NCBI GenBank assembly: GCA_040954595.2
Contig: CM082582.2
Location: 9,353,483 to 9,417,482 of the forward strand
Source: Balanoglossus misakiensis
Taxonomy: Eukaryota; Animalia; Hemichordata
Length of the DNA stretch: 64,000 nt
Direction: 5' to 3'
In this document: positions 24,831 through 33,937 of the stretch, piece after piece
Numbering within the stretch: position 1 is the stretch's first letter
How the letters are laid out: each line of letters begins with the position of its first letter
The notes under the pieces: generated by a model
Seen by the model: only the letters and a program-made list of their open reading frames with translations
The model's database searches: none
What the model was told of the DNA's origin: nothing
Program-made: the position numbers and the translations under genes

Positions 24831-27800
24831 ATGAGTGTTACGAACGGCGACGATTGGGAGTACAATGCTCCCCAATTTGTGGATTTTTCAGAACCCGTTG
24901 TCGACGACGACGCGGCAGACAAGTATTTCGGTGAGTAACACAAGTACCCCCCAAAGCCGACGCAAATTGTATGTCAAACTTTGTCAAAATGATACTGTAT
25001 CATTCATCATTGCATGGTAGATCGATTCTTTTAGGGTTTGGCATGAATGTGCTATCATGGAACGTCCATGGATTTCGGTTGTGTAGCCTGTATGCTCGAC
25101 CAAAATCTTGCAGATCGTTGATTGGTTTTCCACAATCATGAATGTTTACACATGTAAAAAAACATAAGCGTATGGTAGCTTTTCTTCCTTGAGGGACTGT
25201 GCTTTCAGCTGGAGGTGTGAAATATACAATGTGTTTGACTTGCACGCCACCCTGAGATCGACTAATTCTTGTGTTTTTCTTTACAGATTTTGACCACGAG
25301 AATGGCATACCAGTGAGATTTTCAGCACCTTCTGGTACTGAGCGTTTAACATTTGATGGAAACATTAATAACCTTGATAATGATAGTCCTGGACTGTCAA
25401 ATGCACCAAGCCAGAAAACCAACAAAAGAGAATCCTACAACATCGTGAAAGGTATAACATGAGTTTATTTGGAGGGAGTTTTTCGGGTACAAAATACATT
25501 GTATGAAGCATGATAAATTTCAGTTTGTATTTCCAAGGACACGTTTTTAAGATTCTGACTAATTGATATACTCACTCAATCTTTATGATTTAGCCATGTG
25601 AGGGTTATATAATTTTTTTCTAATATTGCACAGATGAGAAGTCAGGCCAGTCTTCGTGTGAGGATAACACAATAGAGACTACCAGTATAAAAGAAGTATA
25701 TACGGAAAAGAAAACTATGAATGAAGAATCAAATGAACAAACCACAAAAGGTAGGTTCTGAAAAGTTCATTAAAGAACATGCACTAATGTCATTAATTAA
25801 TTTATCACTGACAGAAAATTACTCTAGTATAAATGACATAACTTTTCAATGTACACAATAACAATTTATTGTCTCTCGAAGAAGCCCCAGCTGAAAATGG
25901 CACCGAGACACAAGCACCGAAAAATATTGCAACATCCCTGGAAGCATGGAGAAGCAAGACAAACAATTCAAAGACAAATACCACTCCAACAGCAGAGAAG
26001 AAAATGCAGAGGTTGGTGGCTCATTTTCATTACAGCAATTGAGATGTTTAGAGAGGAGAGAGTAGTACAGTGCTGACCGATGATTATAAACATAAAGATA
26101 CAAATCCACTTGTGTGGAAATGAAGAAATAATCAAGTGTCTGAAATGAGGTCAGTGATTCGGATTTCACCAGTTGGAATCTTATCATGTGCCAACATGTC
26201 AGTGATAGTGATTTTGAGTGTTCACATGATCCAATAATCACTGTTTCTTCTTCCCTCCCCCTTGTATCTGTCACACACTCAGGAGGAAATCACGGCAACA
26301 ACACATGGACAAATCAGAAAAGAAAGTGGCAGTGACCACGCAGATTGCACGAGGCATCCGCAACACAAAACGCTCCCCTCGGTTGCAGAACCAGGAAAAT
26401 AACAGCAAAGCCACCAAACGTGGGACCAGATCGCTCGATGGCCCCATGAGTAAGAAACTCAAAACCGGGGCCGAGAATAGGTCCATGGCAGTGGAGAGGC
26501 TAAAGCCGAAATTGACAGTGGCTACCACTCCTACAATTTTGAAGTGAGTTGTTTTTTTCCTCGCCTTTCATGAGAAGTCTTTCTGGTTATCAGTCAGCCT
26601 GGAATCTCTCGAGGTCTCGTGTAAGAAGGAAGAAAAACATGGTAAATTAATTTGCCTCTTTTGGGCGTGTTCTTGCAGACGTAATTTCGCCAAACCAGGT
26701 GCACATGTCGTCAAGACATCAGAGCAACTTGAAATGGAGAAGATTGCAGAGCTGCGACACCAGCTGGCCGACAAGCGCAGGCTGGCCGAGGAGTCCCGCA
26801 GGAAGGCACAGAGCGGTTGTGGCAGCCATCCCGTCAAGGCAGTCTGCACCGCCACTCGTCCCACAGAATTCCACTTTGCGACGGACGACAGAATCAAGAG
26901 CCACTCCATGGAAACGCGAAGTGACGCCAAATCGAAAAATTTTGAGTCCACACTGCGTGAACACCCCCCATCGCCTGTAAGTGTAAGTGGTACAGTTTCA
27001 GGTTGCTTAGTACTAAACAATGCTAACATACGTTTCTTTTGCCAGATGGAAAATCTTGATTTTCATGTGTGAGTGACAAATCGTCTCTTAATTACCTTGC
27101 AGCATGATCCAAAGAAAGGCCCCACCATTGCAAAGCCTTTCCATTTTGCCGAATCGCGAAAGAAACGAAAGCTGGATGAAGCACAAGAGGAGCCGAGCTA
27201 CAAGTCAATGGCTGTTCTGATCAGCGAGTTTCAGAGCAAGACACCGGACAGATTCCGCCTGAAGCCACGTAGCAGGGGTGAGTTTTAATTACTCACTCCA
27301 GTGTCACAATTTTACAGGCCCTGGTCAGATTCTCTGGGAGTGTGGGATAGATATCAAGTGAATTTCAATCAACTTATGTGTTTGTGTTTGATCTTTCAGG
27401 TAACACACCACAGAAAGGGGGCCCAACAACTCGTAAACTGACAGTTGCCAAGACACCGTCCTTTGAGACAAGATACAGGAAACGTACTGTGACTGCGGTC
27501 AGTGCTGCTGAGAAAGAAGAACAAGAGGTCCAGGAAATGAAAAGGTAGGGTTGTCCTTTGGTGAGAGATGTATGCAAAAGAAGGGTTTCTTTGTGGCTTA
27601 ATACAAAAAGTGGCATAGAACTTGTAAGGGGTGTTGTTCACTGCGTAAAGTTAAAGTTGTATAATTTCCATCCCGCTGTCTTTCAGTTACAAGTTCAAGG
27701 CCAAGCCAGTCAACCCCAAGGTGTTCTCAGGCAAACCGTGTGGCATTAAAAAGGTGGCCAAGAAACCTTGCACGGAAGCCATTGGTTTTGACCTTGAAAC

Positions 27801-29627
27801 GGACCACAGAACGCAGACCAGAGAAGCAAATAAGCAGAAGCCGGAGGAAAAATTTGAATTCCACGCCAGGCCTGTTCCTTCTCATATACTCGAGAAGACT
27901 GTGGTAAGATTTCAATGTACAAGTTTGGATACAACTCTGTCATAAGTGCATATACTTTACACATACACTTGCGTTTTTCTAGTTCTGATTGTTCTGAACC
28001 GTTTACACCATCATGAGATTTTTATTATATTCTGCTTGCAGGGTCTTGGTGAGAAAAAGCGTTTGCCAATAACCCAACCCAAGTCACCGGCATTTGCGTT
28101 GAAAAACAGAGTGAGGTTACAGAAAGAAGACGAATCTATGATCGTAAGTTATTATAACCTGCATCACATTAGCAATACTCCACTTTCTTGCATATACAGC
28201 AGATAGATATCAATGTTTATCACAGTGGTCTCCCCAGAGCCATTGCATATTACTGGTACGGTCAAGTGACAGATGAAAATCATGTTTTGGTCACAGGAAG
28301 AAGAAAGTAAACCCAAATTTGCCAAACCAGCTCCACAACCAGGAATCCCGTTTGCGCCAAAGTTAACTCACAAAGTCACCGAGATCCAGCCATTCTCATT
28401 TGAAGAGAGGGACAAGGAAAAACTAGTCAAGAAAGAAGAGAAAATCAAACAAGTGTACGAAGAAGAGGAAAAGGTATGTCTATGTCGTCTTGGAACACCT
28501 GTATCTATGTTTGATCCCTGTATCAACTGAATGCCGGGGGAGGGGGGCACTTGTCTGTCACTGTGTATACAGTAGCCCCATCCTAACTCCACTTATTCTC
28601 TACTTCGTCACAGGCAAGGCAGTTCAAGGCACAGTCACTGCCTAGTCCATCAGTAAATGGGCTGCCAGAGAAAAAACCTAAACAAGCCACAAAACCTGAA
28701 CCATTCAATCTCCTTGTGGAAGAAAAAGGTGTCAAGGCAGCTGATGAATGGAGGAAAAAAGTAAGTCTATGTTCTTATTCCTTCCTGTCTGGAGATGTAC
28801 TTTTAGAAATCTATAGATTCTCTTTTTCATAAGGGAAATGTTTGATGTCAGCTATTATAGGCAATTTCATTTGTTTGAGCCATCCATTGTGCTGGAAACG
28901 TTAAAATCATGAAAAGTTGCTAACAAGTCCACTTGTGTTTTTTTTTTCCAGATTGAAAGCGAACTGAAGAACCAACGCGCCAAAGCAAGTTCCTTCAAGG
29001 CACAACCCACCAATGTGTTGTATTCAGAACCATTTATTCCACAAAAGATGCACAAACCATTGACAGGTGGGTCTAGTCAGACGAAATGACATCACTAGAG
29101 TTTCAGATCAAATCCAACCATGTGTGGTACAGCCCCATAAATGTTTAGTTTTACACATTTGGCTTTGTTTATGTTGTTGTGCACATTGGCAGTTTTCACA
29201 ACCCTTCCCCAGTCTGACCTTATATCCTCAGTATTTTTGGTGTTGCTTAGTATTAAATAGGCATTCAAAATTTAACATTTTGGTGCAAGAAAACTCAACT
29301 AAACTTCCCCTCTGTTTTCCTCTTTTTGCACCAGAAATTGAAGACTTTCAGCTGAACACAGACAAGAGGGCTCAGCAGAGAGAGAAATTTGAGGAGTACA
29401 AGAAACACAAAGAGCACGAACTGGAGGCGGAGAAAGTGAGACGACAGAAGGAGGAGGCTGAGGAGGAGACGGAAGCCATTGCCAAGCTGCGGGCGGAAAT
29501 GGTGCACAAAAGTAACCCCATCAGACATTTCCAAACCGTGGAAGTCATGCCCAGCACAAAGCCACTGACAAATGCTCAGTCGCCCCAGTTTATTACGAGT
29601 CAGAGACTGCGCAACAAGAGATTCTAA
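24831..29627 (+). CDS. TPX2: TPX2 (targeting protein for Xklp2; spindle assembly factor and Aurora A activator), 14 exons, ~813 aa
   Basis: Exons: 24831-24930, 25287-25451, 25634-25750, 25882-26011, 26283-26543, 26679-26976, 27103-27277, 27400-27544, 27687-27903, 28042-28143, 28297-28473, 28614-28760, 28952-29066, 29335-29627. GT-AG introns, phases consistent, total 2442 nt. Aurora-A-binding N-terminus (WEYNAPQFVDF...ADKYFD), EFHFATDDRIK, PTIAKPFHF, YKFKAKP, FEFHARP, SPAFALKNR and the C-terminal TPX2 domain (FQLNTDKRAQQR...LRAEMVHKSNPI...PLTNAQSPQF). Exons 2-4 are low-complexity and less certain. Confidence 0.95.
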
Positions 29628-30747
29628 CCTAACAGTTAACACCACCAAAGTGTTGTTTCGATTTTATGCAGTGTTTGGCATTACCAACAATGGTCTTCTT
29701 CATTGACATTACGTATGCGTCTTACTTTGGGATCTTTGCGAGAATTATTATCGGCTCAATTTTTGTAAATTTGAGTGTGCTCTAAAGCTGGATTTTTCAA
29801 TGCTATTTTTTGTGTAAATATATGTATGTGGTGTACCCTGATACTCGTCATTTTCCTGTTGTCTTTTTTCTCAAATATTTCTGAACAATTGCTTAGTCAC
29901 CCTGTCAACACAGCTGGTAGGCATAGTTGGTTTTGAGATCAAAAATACACTGCCATTGACTTCCTGAATCCCCTGATAGACTGCTTATAGAATGGATTTA
30001 CATGTTTTGATTTTATGTGTGGAATGTTGATATTTCAACGAATTTCAAATATGCCTCGTCTACTGAAGTTTATATTGTAGTTAATTATTGTATTTTTTTT
30101 TGTCTGTTTGAACTCGATGTCAGTACAAAAGAACATTTCCAGTCACTGCCATCCTGTCTACTACAAAAAATGTGGAGGATAAAGTAACACAAGTACATCT
30201 ATCTCAGTACATTTCAGTTGTGAACTTTTTTCAAATGTGACCCTTCCACCCGTTTGTTGAACATTTACCGTATTTGGGCTTTAGTGCCCAGGGTCTGTTT
30301 GTCCAGCACACTGCCTGAGTTGTTTTTAAACAATTCTCTTGTACATAGCAATGTTTTCACCAATTTACTGGTTTGCACTGCCCAGAATTACATACATGTA
30401 TACTGCCACATACTTTCATGAACAGTTCACCTATTACAATATGAACAACTGGAATAGTTTGAGACTTCGATAGTTTTTTAGAGGTAGCATAATGTAGTAC
30501 TTTAGTAGCCAAATAGATTAGAAAATTTGTGGAATAAAATCTGGTTTAAGAGAATGACACATTGTAATCAAATGATGATGGGACTTTCGAACGGAGGCGG
30601 TAAGGATTGACAAAAATTGTCCTTTAGCTACATATTGACAAATTTAATAATACACAGTGTGCTTTGAAGATGCTGTGTTGACAGTTGTATCAATATAATA
30701 AATTCTTAAGTGACATGTGAATATTTTTGTATCGTGTTGTTCTTTGA

Positions 30748-30753
30748 AATAAA
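30748..30753 (+). terminator. Candidate TPX2 polyadenylation signal (AATAAA); a second one is at 30533-30538
   Basis: AATAAA at the end of a T-rich 3'UTR-like stretch (29628-30770). Confidence 0.55.
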
Positions 30754-30794
30754 TGCGTTTTATTTTATTTCAGTGTATTCTTCGATATCAAATG

Positions 30795-31038
30795 ACGTCA
30801 GAACCACGATTTTTCGGTAAGAACCACGGCTATGCATGAAACTGCCTATCTAAGAACCTTGATGATATGAGAGCGCTATAGAGCGGTAATTTTTAATTTT
30901 TAATGAGAAATTATCATCGCATCGACTAAAATTAAGACTTTGTAAGCTAAAACCTTGAAAAAATTGGACTTTGTAGGCTGTATAACGTAAGAACCACGTT
31001 TTTCAGTAAGCACCACGGCTATGCATGAAAATGCCTAT
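30795..31038 (+). repeat. Imperfect ~55-bp direct repeat (30795-30849 and 30985-31038), each copy with an internal duplicated TAAGAACCACG-like unit
   Basis: acgtcagaaccacgatttttcggtaagaaccacggctatgcatgaaactgcctat versus acgtaagaaccacgtttttcagtaagcaccacggctatgcatgaaaatgcctat; offset 190 bp. Confidence 0.85.
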
Positions 31039-33937
31039 TTTTAAAAGTAAAAGCTTACTCGGAAAAACGTTTACTGGATGCCGAAATATTGCTTGCCCGT
31101 CATATGAAAATGACAACACCGTGGGGCACATGGCCAGATCACGTGATTGATAGTAAAGAATACTGCCCAATTCTAAATATCTGGAAACTATCAACTTTGG
31201 CCACTGTTGGTGCTGTTTGCTTGCTGGCCGTAACATGTTTGCTGAGGTATCTCCTACCCGGAATCTCCTACAAATTTATAGCTCAAAAACGCACCCTGGA
31301 ATGAGATTGTCACTAACTAAGTTCATTGACTACAAAGAATACACTTACCTAAGATGGTTAAGGCTCCTAAACATCACACAAATTCTCTGCCTCAAACAAA
31401 ACGGCTGCAAAATTATCACCACACACCAGAGACCAGTGTACTGCTACATGACATGAACATTCTGCCATGCTATGCTAATGAGGTCATATGCGTGTCAAGT
31501 GAAGCATGCCACCTGCCTAGGTGTTAGTATGCAAATCAACATGCCCACAGGAAATCCTCCAGTCCTGTTGTCGTTGCATGGCCTATCTCCTTCAGAACAA
31601 GCATACATATGTTGACAATGATCTGCCGGGACTGCACTTTCATACACTAACAGTGGAGTACGCCAAGATAAGAGCTGATAGCTGGCAAAAAAAACCACCA
31701 AGTACTTATGAACTTCTACTGAATAATTTTAGCTGTGCAATCCTGATACTTCCAGTCCCAAAAACCCTTAAAAATCCACACACTGAACTTTTCTAAAAAC
31801 ATTTTATTGACAACTGAAGCTGAATACAGAAGTAAAACCATATTGCAGAGAACTATATCAACCAGCAAATTTCAAGTCTTCAAATTTTATTTCCATTTGT
31901 TTTGCCAAATCTAGTACAGAGCTATTCTTACGAATCAACTTAAAACTTCTACCGATACCATAATTACGTCAAAACCATCCAGACGGACAAAATTCCCTCT
32001 ATCGCACGACTTCCACGTTGATGCAGTGTAGTTTTACCTTTTAATAAGGAGCACAGATTTTTTTGACAAATAATTATCATTCAGGAATAAATTCGAGTTT
32101 CAAAATTTACGGACAAAACTTGAACTAATGTTGATGATAGTCGCATGCAAAGTAGTACAGAGACACACCATGATGATAAAGACAGTGTACACATGAATAT
32201 CCAAGGCGAGCAAACACCGTTTGATTCAATAAACTCGGCGCGAAATGCGAACATTTGTGAATATCCTGAGTATCGAGGCTACTTATTTCACAACACTGAT
32301 TTATGGAACTGCACGACCAATTGAAAAGCCATCGAGATTTGGGAATTTTGGCAACAGCAAAAAAAAAAACAAAGGAAATTCTATCATTAATAATGGGGGC
32401 GCTTTAGCAACTGCTTCTAAACCATAATCATAAAAAATCCTAAAATACAGAATACACGATACAATGAGCACTACTTGTCTAACTGCTCTATCTTCACAAA
32501 GCGCAAAGCGACTACAAAAAACTTAAAAATGAGAAACTACTTATATGTGAACAAGGGCACGCACAGCAAATTCAGACAAATGTACATAAATTCTACCACG
32601 TTTTGGTCACAACTCAATCAAAAGCACAGTTCTACAAGCTAAATATTGCAGGTTTCGAATACATGTTCTAAGTCAAAACTGGAATAGTATTTCTCTTAAG
32701 ACGTTAGTAAAATGTTGATCTCTGGCATAAAACACCACCATTCTACAGCCATTTTATGTATGAATGTTTCTGATAACAATGAAAGATTGAAACTCAACAT
32801 TCATCAGAATATCCACAACAGAGATCACATGTTGCCAGTTAACAAATGAATGGGGGAGATTCATATGAGAATCTCTCCCTAAGCAGATAATATAAGTTGC
32901 AATGTTTTAAACTTTACACCGATAAAACTCAGAACAAAGAAAAAAAAATGAAATGGATCATACCCGAAACGATCGCTTCATCTTATCATTCACCGCATTG
33001 AAACAACAACATACCTAAGTTTATCAAGGCCAATGTGGCCCCAAAACATCCTCATTTTTTCAGTCAATTGCTCATGGACAAATGTACATCAATTCTCTGT
33101 GGGCGAGTTGACGAACTCAGCACCCAAACACACTGGCAAACAATACAAAAATATAACTCAACACGTTCAGTGTCCATTTTCAAGTCTGCGAGTCCGCACA
33201 ACAACTATAAATATTGGCTCCTTCCCTACAACCTAGAGTACAACATCTCAGGTCTCGAAAGATCATTTTGATTTCACAAGATTAATGAAGAGTATCACTA
33301 AAATGATGAATGAGATGGATAAAACGGAAACTGCGGGTTACAGTAATCGTTTTTCCCTTTTAAAAAGACAAACATTTTAATTCTTGCTACCTAGTATTAA
33401 GTAAAGTTAGCAGAGAAGGAAAACATTTTTTTTCAGAGACTCGGGGGAAAGGGCAAGGGGAAGCATTTATCTGTTCATCCAATAGAAGTAATACAAATAT
33501 ATGCAAATTTTTCTGGTACGAAAAAGATGGCATCATAGGATCACACTTCTGTTCTAGTCTACATACGTTATTTTCACCTAGTTTGATCCTGACAGTAAAA
33601 TTGATATAAATAGTTCTAATTCCAATTCATTTAATAGTGATAAAACAGATTTCAATGTTGGTGAAAACAATTTAATTAAACCAGGATTTTGCCAGCGTCT
33701 GAATTCATTTTGAAATAACTTAGCATGGCTATTGGGTTGCCACGCCTGCACCAAAAAAGACCAGGAATGAGCTCATGTTGCCATCTTTTTCTACAATGCT
33801 TTCAATACCATACCCTCCTCTTTGACAGGAGGCAAAAATTTGTCTGGCCAAACAAAACCGGAGAAATTAAGCCACCAGCCCCATCCAACCTTGCGATGTG
33901 CAAGCAAAATAAAAAGCCTGTAAAAAGGAAAGTGTCA

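Noticed and set aside
26036-26149. Cryptic exon-like segment in TPX2 intron 4
   Set aside because: Stop codons in both usable phases, and only 24 nt from the upstream donor.
29067-29334. N-terminal half of the 186-aa ORF at 29067
   Set aside because: It is TPX2 intron 13 (GT at 29067, AG at 29333-29334); only 29335-29627 is coding.
30795-31038. CRISPR-like interpretation of the AGAACCACG repeats
   Set aside because: Eukaryotic context, irregular spacing, too few units and no cas genes.
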